Source of the DNA: Gammaproteobacteria bacterium
GTDB taxonomy: Bacteria; Pseudomonadota; Gammaproteobacteria; UBA6002
Assembly (NCBI GenBank): GCA_013697705.1
Contig: JACCWJ010000004.1
Span: forward strand, 30,938 to 94,937
DNA length: 64,000 nucleotides
Reading direction: 5' to 3'
Both the position numbers and the translations under genes were made by a program. Below are positions 1 through 10,198 of this stretch, piece after piece. The notes beneath the pieces were generated by a model. It had not been told where the DNA came from. It did not search any database and saw only the letters and a program-made list of their open reading frames with translations. How positions within the stretch are numbered: position 1 is the first letter of the stretch; every line of letters begins with the position of its first letter.

Positions 1-1148
1 ATGGAATCTTTTTCATAGGTTTTGTTAGCAATTACCTGTGCTTTAACGCGCTCCAATTCTTGGGGACTAATCAATGAAGTTTGCAGAAGTTTAATTTCTT
101 CTAAAATCGCATTTTCCAGCAATTGATTATTCTTTCCTTGGGAGGGAATGGCGGTAATACTAAAAATATTATCCAATCGACTAAAGATGTCATAACCCAC
201 TTGAATGTCAGTAGCAAGTTGTTTGCCTCTCACAATTTTAGTAGGAAATCGTGCGCTATCTCCACCGCCTAAAACGGCCTGTAATACATCTAATGCATAA
301 GCTTCTTTTCGGGTGGGGGCGGTTTTTAAAGCAGGGGTATTGAATCCCATTACTATCAAGGGCAATTTAGCGGGGGTAGCCACCGTCATACGACGCAGTC
401 CAATATTTTTTAATTCCCCTGGTTGTTTTACCGGGGGCAAAACGCCTGCTTTCAAAGGACCAAAATATTTTTGGACTAGCTTAAAAGTCTCATCCGGTTT
501 GACATCGCCCACAATAACGAGCACTGCATTATTTGGCGCATACCACGTTTGATACCATTTTTGTACATCGGTGACCTTCATTTCATTCAAATCCCACATC
601 CAGCCAATAACCGGGTGATGATAAGGGCTTGCCACATTAGAGACGGCTAAGAAACGTTCGAAAGTTAGATTTTGAGGGTTATCATCGGTTCGTAATCGCC
701 GTTCCTCCTTCACCACCTCAAGTTCTTTTAGAAAATCCTGATCGCGAAGGTTTAGATTACGCATCCGATCTGATTCCAACTCTAAACTAATCGGCAACTT
801 ATTGACTTCAAACAGTTGATAGTAAGCAGTGTAATCATAAGAGGTAAAGGCATTTTCCTCGCCCCCATTTTCTGCGACCGTTTTGGAGAACATTCCAGGA
901 CCATACTTTGTGGTGCCTTTAAACATCATATGTTCAAGCGCATGCGAAATACCTGTTATGCCATTGGGTTCATAGCTAGAACCTACCCGGTACCATACCT
1001 GGGTGACAACTGCGGGCACCCGGTGGTCCTCTTTGATTAATACTTTTAACCCATTAGGGAGCTGGTACTCGTTTACCGCTGAATTTGCTAGCGCCAGATT
1101 GGAACTAATGATAAAAAACAGACTACATAGTAATATATAAAGACGCAT
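1..1148 (-). CDS. M16-family zinc metalloprotease (pitrilysin/PqqL-like), N-terminal ~380 aa; gene continues beyond window start
   Basis: ATG at 1148 on minus strand; hand translation MRLYILLCSLFF...ANSAVNEYQLPNGLKVLIKEDHRVPAVV...GISHALEHMMFKGT shows signal peptide and inverted zinc motif HxxEH; reading frame stays open to position 1. Confidence 0.8.
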   Translation of the reverse strand, partial: MRLYILLCSLFFIISSNLALANSAVNEYQLPNGLKVLIKEDHRVPAVVTQVWYRVGSSYEPNGITGISHALEHMMFKGTTKYGPGMFSKTVAENGGEENAFTSYDYTAYYQLFEVNKLPISLELESDRMRNLNLRDQDFLKELEVVKEERRLRTDDNPQNLTFERFLAVSNVASPYHHPVIGWMWDLNEMKVTDVQKWYQTWYAPNNAVLVIVGDVKPDETFKLVQKYFGPLKAGVLPPVKQPGELKNIGLRRMTVATPAKLPLIVMGFNTPALKTAPTRKEAYALDVLQAVLGGGDSARFPTKIVRGKQLATDIQVGYDIFSRLDNIFSITAIPSQGKNNQLLENAILEEIKLLQTSLISPQELERVKAQVIANKTYEKDS

Positions 1149-1232
1149 ATTATTTCCGTACCCCAATTAACCGACAAAGATGCATAGAATAGCTGATTTA
1201 ATGCGGTTTCCAAAGTAGAAAAGGGTTTTTAC

Positions 1233-2192
1233 ATGTTAAGTTTTCTTAAATCAAACAAAAATAAGGAGACAAAAGAAGACGGTTTTCTCGCTTCTGTCTC
1301 AAAAGGCTTAAAAAAAACCCGCGATTCCTTTTCTAGAGGCCTTGGAACCATCGTTCTGGGGAAAAAAGTAATTGATCAAGTCTTACTAGAAGAAATTGAG
1401 ACGCAACTAATATTAGCTGATATCGGTGTTGACGTTACTCAAGCCATCATCACAGATTTGACCAGAAAGATTTCTCGTAAAGAACTCGCAGATGCGGAAG
1501 CACTTTATGGCGCATTAAAACAAGATCTGCTAGAAATCCTTACGCCTAAAAATCAAAAAAAGTTTTTAGAAGTGACTGTTAAACCCGCAGTAATACTTGT
1601 TATTGGGGTAAATGGCTCAGGGAAAACAACCAGTATCGGCAAGCTTGCGCATCTTTTCCAAAAACAGAATACCAAAATAATGTTAGCCGCCGGTGATACC
1701 TTTCGTGCAGCCGCCATTGAGCAGCTCCAAGTCTGGGGTCAACGTAATAACATCCCTGTTATTGCTCAACATAGCGGTGCAGACAGCGCCTCGGTAATTT
1801 ATGATGCGTTACAAGCCGCCAAAGCAAGAGATTTTGATTTACTAATAGCAGATACAGCAGGTAGGTTACACACTCAAAATCATCTAATGGAAGAGCTCAT
1901 TAAGATTAAACGGGTCTTAGGCAAAATTGAAACCACAGCTCCTCATGAGATTTTACTCGTTCTTGATGCTACCACTGGCCAGAATGCTTTGCGGCAAGCC
2001 GAGCAATTTAATAAGGCAATGGGCGTCACGGGCATTATCATTACCAAGCTAGATGGAACTGCAAAGGGGGGAATAGTCTTTGCCATTGCACAAAAAACCC
2101 AGCTCCCTATTCATTTTATTGGGGTGGGTGAACAAGTCGAAGATCTTATTCCATTTGATCCCAAAGAGTTTGTGGATGCACTTTTTTCATAA
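1233..2192 (+). CDS. ftsY: Signal recognition particle receptor FtsY (short form lacking acidic A-domain)
   Basis: GTPase P-loop GVNGSGKTT, DTAGR, TKLDG motifs; followed by ftsE-ftsX as in the conserved ftsYEX operon. Confidence 0.93.
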   Translation: MLSFLKSNKNKETKEDGFLASVSKGLKKTRDSFSRGLGTIVLGKKVIDQVLLEEIETQLILADIGVDVTQAIITDLTRKISRKELADAEALYGALKQDLLEILTPKNQKKFLEVTVKPAVILVIGVNGSGKTTSIGKLAHLFQKQNTKIMLAAGDTFRAAAIEQLQVWGQRNNIPVIAQHSGADSASVIYDALQAAKARDFDLLIADTAGRLHTQNHLMEELIKIKRVLGKIETTAPHEILLVLDATTGQNALRQAEQFNKAMGVTGIIITKLDGTAKGGIVFAIAQKTQLPIHFIGVGEQVEDLIPFDPKEFVDALFS

Positions 2193-2214
2193 ATTAAGCT
2201 CAGCTCAGGAGTAA

Positions 2215-2886
2215 TTGATGATTAAGTTTGAACGCGTAAGCAAACGTTATGCAGGGGGCCATCAAGCATTAGCTGACGTTACTTTTCATCTTGAAAAAGG
2301 CGACATGGTCTTTCTAACTGGCCATTCAGGGGCCGGAAAAAGCACGCTCCTTCGCATCATTATGAAAATGGAAGATGCCTCCCAAGGCAACGTCATTATT
2401 AGCGGACAAAACCTCGCTAAAATTACCAAACAGGCCATCGCCGGCCTGCGACAAAGTATCGGAATGATTTTTCAAAATCCCTTGTTATTGCCCCATCGCA
2501 CCGTCTTCGAAAATGTAGCCCTACCACTGTATGTTTCAGGAATGGGCAATCAAGAGATCAGTCATCGGGTTCGGGCTGCATTAGATAAAGTGGGCCTACT
2601 CACGAAGGAAAAATGCTCCCCCACCAGCCTTTCAGCGGGAGAACAACAACGGGTGGGAATTGCTCGGGCGGTCGTAAACCGGCCTGCTATCCTATTGGCA
2701 GATGAGCCCACGGGAAATTTAGATCCGCATCTCTCGACGGAAATCATGAAGCTTTTTGAGCAATTTAATCAAGTCGGGACGACTGTGCTTATTGCAACCC
2801 ATGATCTTGGATTGATCGCTCAAATGAAATATCCAATATTAGGACTGAAAAAAGGTAACTTATCTCAAGGAGTTATCGATGCGTAA
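2215..2886 (+). CDS. ftsE: Cell-division ABC ATPase FtsE
   Basis: Walker A GHSGAGKST, ABC signature LSAGEQQRVGIARA, Walker B LLLADEPTG; operon position. Confidence 0.93.
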   Translation: MMIKFERVSKRYAGGHQALADVTFHLEKGDMVFLTGHSGAGKSTLLRIIMKMEDASQGNVIISGQNLAKITKQAIAGLRQSIGMIFQNPLLLPHRTVFENVALPLYVSGMGNQEISHRVRAALDKVGLLTKEKCSPTSLSAGEQQRVGIARAVVNRPAILLADEPTGNLDPHLSTEIMKLFEQFNQVGTTVLIATHDLGLIAQMKYPILGLKKGNLSQGVIDA

Positions 2887-3847
2887 ACCTGTTACGAAGC
2901 CTGTCAAAAAAAAGCCCCAGGTAAAGAAGTCGACCCCCAGTCGTGGGGACAAACGCTTACTTACCAACCATTACAAGGCTTTCACGGATGCACTTAACCA
3001 AAGCATAAGCAGCCCTCTAAGCACGTTAGTTACTTGCACGATTATTGCTATCACGCTGTTCCTAACATCCACCTTGCTCCTTACGTTGAAATCCCTGCAA
3101 CAGGCTACGGATTATATCAACTCAAGCAGCCAGGTGACTATTTATCTTAAAACCAGTGCTCAAGAAAACACTATTTCAGAATGGCTAAATCAACTTAAAC
3201 AAGATCCCGAAATTAAGGCAGTCACTTATATATCTGCAGCACAAGCCTTGCAGGAATTGGCGCAGCAAAAAGACTTTAGTGGTCTATTAACCAATGTAGA
3301 TCAAAACCCTCTGCCCCCTGTCGTGATGTTAAAACTTAATCCAACTACTCCCTCAAAAATCCAAGACTTAAGTCAAAAACTTCGTACTATGCCATTGGTA
3401 GCTAGCATTAATTTAGATTTTGATTGGTTAAACCGTCTGTCTGCCCTAATACAGTTAGGCAACAGACTCAGCTTGGTGCTTTCCATCGTCTTCAGTATTG
3501 GGGTGCTTTTTATCATTAGCCATGCCATTCAAGGAGCTACCCAAAAAAATCGACAAGAAATGGATATTTTGGAGCTTATTGGCGCATCGACCCCTTATAT
3601 AAGACGTCCCTTTTTATACCTCGGTTTTTTGTTGGGATTGGGAGCAGGCATCATTAGTCTGATATTACTGATTGTCCTTCTTATAGCCCTAAAAACGCCG
3701 CTTTTTGAATTGTTACGTTCTTATAATTTGAGTTACTCCACCCTCTTTAGTCTCTCTAAAGTTTTCTTCTTAACGCTCCTTATAAGTACCAGCCTCGGGT
3801 GGGTGGGGGCTTGGCTGGCCTTTTATAAACATGCTAAAATCTCATAA
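2879..3847 (+). CDS. ftsX: Cell-division permease-like protein FtsX
   Basis: 4-bp overlap with ftsE, ~320 aa, N-terminal basic tail then 4 TM segments typical of FtsX. Confidence 0.88.
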   Translation: MRKPVTKPVKKKPQVKKSTPSRGDKRLLTNHYKAFTDALNQSISSPLSTLVTCTIIAITLFLTSTLLLTLKSLQQATDYINSSSQVTIYLKTSAQENTISEWLNQLKQDPEIKAVTYISAAQALQELAQQKDFSGLLTNVDQNPLPPVVMLKLNPTTPSKIQDLSQKLRTMPLVASINLDFDWLNRLSALIQLGNRLSLVLSIVFSIGVLFIISHAIQGATQKNRQEMDILELIGASTPYIRRPFLYLGFLLGLGAGIISLILLIVLLIALKTPLFELLRSYNLSYSTLFSLSKVFFLTLLISTSLGWVGAWLAFYKHAKIS

Positions 3848-3855
3848 TTATTTTT

Positions 3856-3893
3856 GTTAGCACTCTCCCGCAAAGAGTGCTAACATTATTTTC
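3856..3893 (+). terminator. Rho-independent terminator after ftsX (11-bp perfect stem gttagcactct/agagtgctaac, loop cccgcaa, then attattttctgtt)
   Basis: Perfect inverted repeat 3856-3884 followed by T-rich tract; sits 9 nt after ftsX stop and upstream of rpoH. Confidence 0.7.
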
Positions 3894-3914
3894 TGTTAAA
3901 TTCCAAGGTGAGCT

Positions 3915-4766
3915 ATGGGAAAAAATTTACAAAAATTACAGTTTGCTGCCCCAATAGGCAGTCTAGAAGCCTATATTCATTGGGTAAATCAAATTCCACT
4001 ATTGAGTGTCGAAGAAGAAAAAGAGCTAACTCATAACCTCTATTATAACGGCGATTTAGAGGCAGCTCGTCAACTCATCTTATCGCATCTACGCTTTGTT
4101 ATCCGCGTAGCCAAAGGTTACGGCGGTTATGGCCTCCCCCAGTCTGATCTTATTCAAGAAGGCAATATTGGATTAATGAAGGCGGTTAAACGTTTCAATC
4201 CTGAGGTGGGAGTACGTTTAGTGTCTTTTGCTGTCCATTGGATAAAGGCAGAGATCCATGAGTTTATCCTTAAAAACTGGAAAATTGTCAAAGTCGCCAC
4301 GACTAAAGCTCAACGTAAACTTTTTTTTAATTTACGAAAAGCCTCCAAAAATTTAACCTGGTTTTCCCAAAAAGAAGTTCAGGATCTTGCGAATGATTTA
4401 AAGGTGAGCGAAAAAGATGTGCGTAAGATGGAAGCTAGGCTCCATTTACAAGACGAAACTTTTGATCCCCTGATTCAGGACGACGACAGCGAAAGGCAGT
4501 CTCCAGCACATTATTTAGAAGATCATCGCTATGACCCAGCAAGAACACTCGAGGCGGAAGATTGGTCTGAAAGTCGGGAACAAAAACTTCACCTTGTTAT
4601 GGCGAACCTAGATGAAAGAAGCAAAGATATTCTCCAACAACGCTGGCTAGTGGATAAAAAAGCCACTCTTCATGAACTGGCCAGTAAGTACAACGTCTCA
4701 GCAGAACGCATCCGTCAGCTTGAGAAAAATGCGATGAATAAAATCAAAGAATCCCTTCATAACTAG
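3915..4766 (+). CDS. rpoH: RNA polymerase sigma-32 heat-shock factor RpoH
   Basis: Contains the diagnostic RpoH box QRKLFFNLR plus sigma-70 regions 2 and 4; position downstream of ftsYEX as in E. coli. Confidence 0.93.
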   Translation: MGKNLQKLQFAAPIGSLEAYIHWVNQIPLLSVEEEKELTHNLYYNGDLEAARQLILSHLRFVIRVAKGYGGYGLPQSDLIQEGNIGLMKAVKRFNPEVGVRLVSFAVHWIKAEIHEFILKNWKIVKVATTKAQRKLFFNLRKASKNLTWFSQKEVQDLANDLKVSEKDVRKMEARLHLQDETFDPLIQDDDSERQSPAHYLEDHRYDPARTLEAEDWSESREQKLHLVMANLDERSKDILQQRWLVDKKATLHELASKYNVSAERIRQLEKNAMNKIKESLHN

Positions 4767-4773
4767 TGCACTA

Positions 4774-4839
4774 ATGCAGCGCAGCAGCATCTGATACTTG
4801 CCCGCTAAAGCAAAAACCCGGATACCGCAGCGCTCCATC
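4774..4839. repeat. Two degenerate fragments of the REP-like palindrome family seen at 45710-45892 (atgcagcgcagcagcat at 4774-4790; aaacccggataccgcagcgctccatc at 4814-4839)
   Basis: 12-nt identity (atgcagcgcagc) to the reverse complement of copy A loop and 9-nt identity (aaacccgga) plus ~17/20 further matches to copy A-prime; located just 3' of rpoH. Confidence 0.45.
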
Positions 4840-4928
4840 TAAGCACCCTAAGTGCCCAATAAGTGTCTTGACTTGTAAGTAGTCCATGCTACTGTTAATT
4901 TGTAATAACCAGCAAGAAGGATAATCCA

Positions 4929-5753
4929 GTGAAGATAAACCATTTGTTAATGGCGGGTTTGTTTTCTTTTGCTTTGATTTCATCACAAGCAGCTAAAGGA
5001 ACTGAGCCCACAGCGACGCCCCCTGCGGCAGCGAAGAATACTGCCAATGTCACTCCCCCGATAAATGACCTTTCTGATACTCAAGTAAAACAAATTCAAA
5101 AAGTAGTCCATGACTATCTAGTTCAAAATCCTCAAGTTTTAGTTGAAGCCTCTCAGGCATATCAAGACCAGGAATTAGCAAAAGCGAAAACAAAAACGCA
5201 ACTGGCTGTCTCAAAAAATGCTAAATCTCTGTTTAATTCAGCTCACAGCCCTACCGTTGGCAATCATAACGGCGATGTTACGGTCATCGAGTTTTTAGAT
5301 TATCAATGCACTCATTGTCGCGAGATGTCAACGGTGGTTGGCGGTCTGATAAAAGGCGACGGGAAAATCCGAGTAGTTATCAAAGAACTGCCCATTTTCG
5401 GCGGCTCCTCAAAATATGCAGCTCAAGCCTCCATTGCTTCAATGAAACAAGGCCCAGATAAATTTTTAGCGTTTCATAAATCCTTGTTAGAAGCAGCGCC
5501 ACCTTTAACCGATCAGAAAGTAATGGAAGTAGCTAAAAATGCTGGACTAAATACCCAGCAGCTTGAAACCGATATGAAGAGTAAGATCGTCGAGGATCAA
5601 ATCAATGATAACTTCAAATTAGCACAAGCTTTGGGACTTTTAGGAACACCCGCTTTTATCGTTTCAAATAGAAGTGGTAGCCATGTGGAATATGTTCCCG
5701 GGGCGGTAACTATTGAGAGCTTAAAGCAGGCCATTACCCAAGTACGTAAATAA
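4929..5753 (+). CDS. Periplasmic thiol:disulfide oxidoreductase, DsbA family (Com1-like outer-membrane-associated protein)
   Basis: GTG start, signal peptide, thioredoxin CxxC active site DYQCTHCREM, KELPIFGG and GTPAFIV motifs; overall architecture and many residues resemble Coxiella Com1 as I recall it, but not identical. Confidence 0.8.
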   Translation: MKINHLLMAGLFSFALISSQAAKGTEPTATPPAAAKNTANVTPPINDLSDTQVKQIQKVVHDYLVQNPQVLVEASQAYQDQELAKAKTKTQLAVSKNAKSLFNSAHSPTVGNHNGDVTVIEFLDYQCTHCREMSTVVGGLIKGDGKIRVVIKELPIFGGSSKYAAQASIASMKQGPDKFLAFHKSLLEAAPPLTDQKVMEVAKNAGLNTQQLETDMKSKIVEDQINDNFKLAQALGLLGTPAFIVSNRSGSHVEYVPGAVTIESLKQAITQVRK

Positions 5754-5763
5754 TCTAACAACG

Positions 5764-5788
5764 CCTTCTCTCGTTCAGCGAGAGAAGG
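5764..5788. other. Perfect 10-bp-stem hairpin (ccttctctcg ttcag cgagagaagg) between dsbA-like gene and glyQ; no U-tract
   Basis: Exact inverted repeat read directly; lacks trailing T-run so either a weak terminator/attenuator or REP-like element. Confidence 0.4.
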
Positions 5789-5813
5789 TAACCCCGGTTC
5801 AGAGGTACGCCCA

Positions 5814-6764
5814 TTGATACATGATGCAGATAATATAGATGTTAAAACCTTCCAAGGCATGATTTTAGCTTTACAACATTACTGGGCAAAACAAGGCTGT
5901 ATTATCTTGCAGCCTTATGATATGGAAATTGGGGCGGGCACCTTTCATACCGCCACCTTCTTAAGGGCTATTGGCCCCGAACCCTGGAAAGCAGCTTATG
6001 TACAGCCCTCTCGTAGACCTACAGATGGTCGCTATGGAGATAGTCCCAATCGAACGCAACATTATTACCAATTCCAAGTGGTGCTCAAACCCTCTCCAGA
6101 CAACATCCAGGACCTCTATCTAGGTTCCTTACGTTACTTAGGAATCGACCCCCTTATCAATGATATCCGCTTCGTAGAAGACAATTGGGAATCACCCACC
6201 TTAGGAGCCTGGGGGCTGGGTTGGGAAGTATGGCAAAATGGTATGGAGATTAGTCAATTTACCTACTTTCAACAAATAGGCGGGCTTGAATGTCGACCTG
6301 TCACCGGTGAAGTCACTTATGGCTTAGAGCGAATTGCTCTCTACATACAGAAGGCTGACAGTTTTTATGATTTGGTGTGGACCAAAAATTCAGAAGGCAC
6401 GGTAACCTACGGTGATGTGTTTCACCAGAATGAAGTAGAAATGTCGACCTATAATTTTGAGTATGCAAATGTTGATTACTTATTCAGCCAATTTGATATT
6501 TACGAGCAAGAATCGCAAAAATTAATCGCGGCTAATCTGCCCCTTCCTGCCTACGAGTTTGTTCTTAAAGCTTCCCATACTTTTAATTTATTGGACGCAA
6601 GACGAGCCATATCAGTTACAGAAAGACAACGATTTATTCTTAGAGTAAGAAAATTGGCATTCGCCGTAGCGAAAGCCTATTATGAAACCCGAGAAAAATT
6701 GAACTTTCCACTGCTCTTAAAAAAAAACTCTAAACTAATGATGGATAAAGCCGCGGTCGTCTAA
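5814..6764 (+). CDS. glyQ: Glycyl-tRNA synthetase alpha subunit
   Basis: Near-identical blocks to E. coli GlyQ ([48 protein letters not shown]); annotated start is TTG at 5814, next in-frame ATG at 5859, so start uncertain. Confidence 0.9.
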   Translation: MIHDADNIDVKTFQGMILALQHYWAKQGCIILQPYDMEIGAGTFHTATFLRAIGPEPWKAAYVQPSRRPTDGRYGDSPNRTQHYYQFQVVLKPSPDNIQDLYLGSLRYLGIDPLINDIRFVEDNWESPTLGAWGLGWEVWQNGMEISQFTYFQQIGGLECRPVTGEVTYGLERIALYIQKADSFYDLVWTKNSEGTVTYGDVFHQNEVEMSTYNFEYANVDYLFSQFDIYEQESQKLIAANLPLPAYEFVLKASHTFNLLDARRAISVTERQRFILRVRKLAFAVAKAYYETREKLNFPLLLKKNSKLMMDKAAVV

Positions 6765-6818
6765 GAATTATAATGTCTTGTCCATTTAAGCGGAGGAGAT
6801 GTAGCGTAAGAGGAAAAT

Positions 6819-8891
6819 ATGGATCAAACATATGATGATTTTTTAGTTGAAATAGGCACAGAGGAATTACCTCCTAAATCTTTATACTTACTCGCCTCTT
6901 GTCTCGCCGATAAAATCAGTCAGGAATTAACTGACGCATTTCTGCCTTACGAACAAATACAATTTTTTGCAACGCCCAGACGTTTGGCTGTATGGGTGCG
7001 AAATCTCAAACCAAATCAAGAGGATCGATGCCTTGAACGTGTGGGCCCGGCGGTTTCGATAGCCTATGATCCACAAGGCAATCCTACTCCTGCTGCAATC
7101 GGTTTTGCAAAATCCTGTCAGGTCACTTTGGACAAAATAGAAATAAAAAATACTCCCAAAGGAGATTGTCTTTTCTATAATCAATTACAACCTGGCGAAA
7201 CAATTTTTGAATTGGCTCCTTATTTGGTAAAAAAAGCGTTACAGGAGCTTCCTATTTCCAAACCCATGTTATGGGGTAACCATTCCACTGCGTTTGTGCG
7301 TCCAGTGCATTGGCTATTAATGATGTATGGATCGCAGGTGATACCTTGTCGATTATTCGATTTAGACACCGATAATAAAACCTATGGTCATCGTTTTCAT
7401 CATCCCGAACCCATTACTGTTAATGATCCAGCTCAATTTGAAGCCACTTTAAAAGAAAAAGGTTTCGTCATCGCTAACTTTGAACAGCGTAAAGAGGATA
7501 TTAGAGAAAAAATCATTGCAATAGCAAAGGAAAAAGGCCGTGTCATTATAGATGAAAGCCTACTAGATGAGGTGACCGGTCTCGTAGAATGGCCAGTCCC
7601 GTTTCTAGGCCGATTTGATTCGCGCTTTCTTAAAGTACCCCAAGAAGCCTTAATATCAGCTATGAAACTGCATCAAAAATGCTTTCCTCTCGTCAATGAC
7701 CAAGGATTGTTATTGCCCTATTTTATCGCCACTGCAAATATTGAAAGTAAAGAACCTGAAGAAGTAGTAACGGGTAATGAAAGAGTCATTAAGGCTCGAC
7801 TATCTGATGCCGAATTTTTCTACCATTCTGATCTCAAACAAGGCATCGAAGCCAATTTAACGAAGTTAAATACGATCGTGTTCCAAAACAAACTTGGAAC
7901 GTTGTACGAAAAGGCCATTCGAATTTCCAAACTTTCTGGTTTTATTGCGGAAAAAATTAACGCCGATAAGCAAAAGGCGCTACGTGCTGGGTTGCTTTGC
8001 AAGGCAGATCTTACTACCGAGATGGTAGGAGAATTCCCTGAATTGCAAGGTATAATGGGCTTTTACTATGCTTTGGAAAACAAAGAATCGGAAGAAGTCG
8101 CTACGGCAATTAAGGAGCACTATCATCCTAAATTTTCCGGAGATAGCGTCCCGACTTTACCGCTCAGCAGCGCCGTCGCCTTAGCAGATAAACTCGATAC
8201 CTTAGTGGGAGTTTTTGGCATTAAACAAGCCCCGACCGGCGAGAAAGACCCCTTTGCCTTGCGCCGCGCGGCGCTGGGGGTACTTAGAATACTAATTGAA
8301 AATGAATTAGCACTCGACTTGCGTGATTTATTACAGGAAGCCGCGAAAGGATACCACAGCTTAGAAAATGCGAACGTCGTAGAAGAAACGTTGATCTTTA
8401 TGTTAGAGCGTCTGCGATCATGGTATTTTGAAAAGGGTATTAGTGCGGATATTTTTGCTTCAGTCAATGCCCGTTTTCCCACCTCACCCCTCGATTTTGA
8501 TGCCCGTATTAGAGCTATTCAATACTTCCAACAACTGCCAAGCGCACAAGCCTTATCCGCTGCCAATAAAAGAGTGAGTAATATTTTAAAACAGACAATT
8601 TTTCCTCCCCATACTCATTATAATTTTGCCCTGTTTGAATTAACCGCTGAAAAAAACTTAGCGACCGTTATTGAACAAGTGGCTAAAAAAGTTGAAGAAT
8701 TTTGCCGTCACTATGATTATCAAGCCGCCTTGGGTCTCCTTGCAGATTTAAGAGGCCCCATAGACCATTTTTTTGATGAGGTAATGGTGATGGTCGATGA
8801 CGAAAAATTACGCAATAACCGCCTGCTACTCTTAGCTAACTTACGGCAATTATTCTTGCATATTGCTGATATATCCTTGCTTCAGAACTAA
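6819..8891 (+). CDS. glyS: Glycyl-tRNA synthetase beta subunit
   Basis: 690 aa directly downstream of glyQ; N-terminal IGTEELPPK motif typical of GlyS. Confidence 0.9.
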   Translation: MDQTYDDFLVEIGTEELPPKSLYLLASCLADKISQELTDAFLPYEQIQFFATPRRLAVWVRNLKPNQEDRCLERVGPAVSIAYDPQGNPTPAAIGFAKSCQVTLDKIEIKNTPKGDCLFYNQLQPGETIFELAPYLVKKALQELPISKPMLWGNHSTAFVRPVHWLLMMYGSQVIPCRLFDLDTDNKTYGHRFHHPEPITVNDPAQFEATLKEKGFVIANFEQRKEDIREKIIAIAKEKGRVIIDESLLDEVTGLVEWPVPFLGRFDSRFLKVPQEALISAMKLHQKCFPLVNDQGLLLPYFIATANIESKEPEEVVTGNERVIKARLSDAEFFYHSDLKQGIEANLTKLNTIVFQNKLGTLYEKAIRISKLSGFIAEKINADKQKALRAGLLCKADLTTEMVGEFPELQGIMGFYYALENKESEEVATAIKEHYHPKFSGDSVPTLPLSSAVALADKLDTLVGVFGIKQAPTGEKDPFALRRAALGVLRILIENELALDLRDLLQEAAKGYHSLENANVVEETLIFMLERLRSWYFEKGISADIFASVNARFPTSPLDFDARIRAIQYFQQLPSAQALSAANKRVSNILKQTIFPPHTHYNFALFELTAEKNLATVIEQVAKKVEEFCRHYDYQAALGLLADLRGPIDHFFDEVMVMVDDEKLRNNRLLLLANLRQLFLHIADISLLQN

Positions 8892-8893
8892 TT

Positions 8894-10180
8894 ATGCCTC
8901 GATTAATTGCAGCTAAATTAATTGTAAAAGTGCTTTATGAGAAAAGATCGTTATCTCAACTACGCTCTGAAATAGCTAAATTATCGCAGAAAGAGAAGTC
9001 CTTAGTGCAGGAACTTTGTTATGGCGTAATCCGTTGGTATTTTCAACTGAACTTCATCATCAATCAATTTATAAAAAAACCTTTAAAAAGCAAAGACCGG
9101 GATATTTATGCGCTTTTGTTAGTCGGTGTATACCAAATTTTATATACCCGCATCCCAGATCATGCCGCGCTCTCGGAAACAGTAAATGCTACTAAAAAAC
9201 TTAATAAAGAATGGGCGGCCAGCTTAGTTAATGCGGTACTGCGTAATGTTCTGAAACAGCAAGGCACGATTATGAGCAAGCTAGCAAAGAATGAAGAAGC
9301 TTTTTACGCTCATCCAGAATGGTTTATCACTCAAATTAAAAAAGACTGGCCAACATGGCAAACCATTTTAAAAACGAATAATGAGCATCCGCCCCTTTGT
9401 CTCCGAGTCAATAAACTAAAAATCTCTCGGGAAAATTATCTGAATTTGTTGCAGGAAAAGCAGATTGACGGAAGAGGCCTTCCTCACACCAACTCCAGTA
9501 TTTTTGTTAATCAAGCTGTAGATGTAAGAGAATTGCCCGGCTTCTATGAAGGGCTGATCTCAGTGCAAGATGGTTCCGCGCAATTAGCGGCTGAATTATT
9601 AGCACCGCAAGCCAATGAGCGAATTCTAGACGCTTGCGCGGCGCCTGGTGGGAAAACTTGTCACCTGCTTGAACTTCAACCTCAACTCAAAGAATTAATT
9701 GCTCTAGATGACGATTCCCAAAGGCTTGAAAAGGTCAGAGAGAACCTGGAGCGTTTGCATTTAACAGCCACTATTATTTGCCAAGATGTTTTGGCATTAG
9801 ATGAGTGGCAGAAGAATTATTTTGATCGAATTCTTCTGGATGTTCCTTGTTCGTCTACGGGGGTCATTAACCGTCACCCTGACATTAAAATTCTTAGAGA
9901 ACCTTCCGATATCACAGCATTAAGTAAAACGCAGTACGCTGCCTTAAACAGCCTCTGGCCCTTATTGAAACGAGGGGGGGTGTTACTTTATGTCACCTGT
10001 TCGATTTTCCCAGAAGAAAACGAAAACGTCGCGAGCCGCTTTATTGAGGAAACTCTCGACTGTAACGAAGAAAAAATAGAGGCCGCATGGGGAGTACCAG
10101 TGTCAGTGGGTAGACAGGTACTCCCCGGTATGCAGCTAGGCATGGATGGGTTCTACTTTGCAATGTTAAAAAAAGTATAA
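8894..10180 (+). CDS. rsmB: 16S rRNA m5C967 methyltransferase RsmB (Sun/NOL1/NOP2 family)
   Basis: NusB-like N domain, SAM motif DACAAPGGKT, catalytic motifs DVPCSSTG and TCSIFPEENE; 428 aa. Confidence 0.8.
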   Translation: MPRLIAAKLIVKVLYEKRSLSQLRSEIAKLSQKEKSLVQELCYGVIRWYFQLNFIINQFIKKPLKSKDRDIYALLLVGVYQILYTRIPDHAALSETVNATKKLNKEWAASLVNAVLRNVLKQQGTIMSKLAKNEEAFYAHPEWFITQIKKDWPTWQTILKTNNEHPPLCLRVNKLKISRENYLNLLQEKQIDGRGLPHTNSSIFVNQAVDVRELPGFYEGLISVQDGSAQLAAELLAPQANERILDACAAPGGKTCHLLELQPQLKELIALDDDSQRLEKVRENLERLHLTATIICQDVLALDEWQKNYFDRILLDVPCSSTGVINRHPDIKILREPSDITALSKTQYAALNSLWPLLKRGGVLLYVTCSIFPEENENVASRFIEETLDCNEEKIEAAWGVPVSVGRQVLPGMQLGMDGFYFAMLKKV

Positions 10181-10198
10181 TCCTATAAGAATACGCTA

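Noticed and set aside
2562-2747. Numerous 60-150 aa minus-strand or off-frame ORFs (e.g. 2562-2747, 6927-7184, 8123-8482, 14421-14849, 19847-20062, 20174-20449, 24292-24522, 43324-43707, 50240-50686, 56419-56736)
   Set aside because: Each is fully embedded in, and antisense or out-of-frame to, a strongly supported housekeeping gene (ftsE, glyS, mnmE, atpB, atpD, pgk, the ABC permease, argR). These are shadow ORFs with no independent signals.
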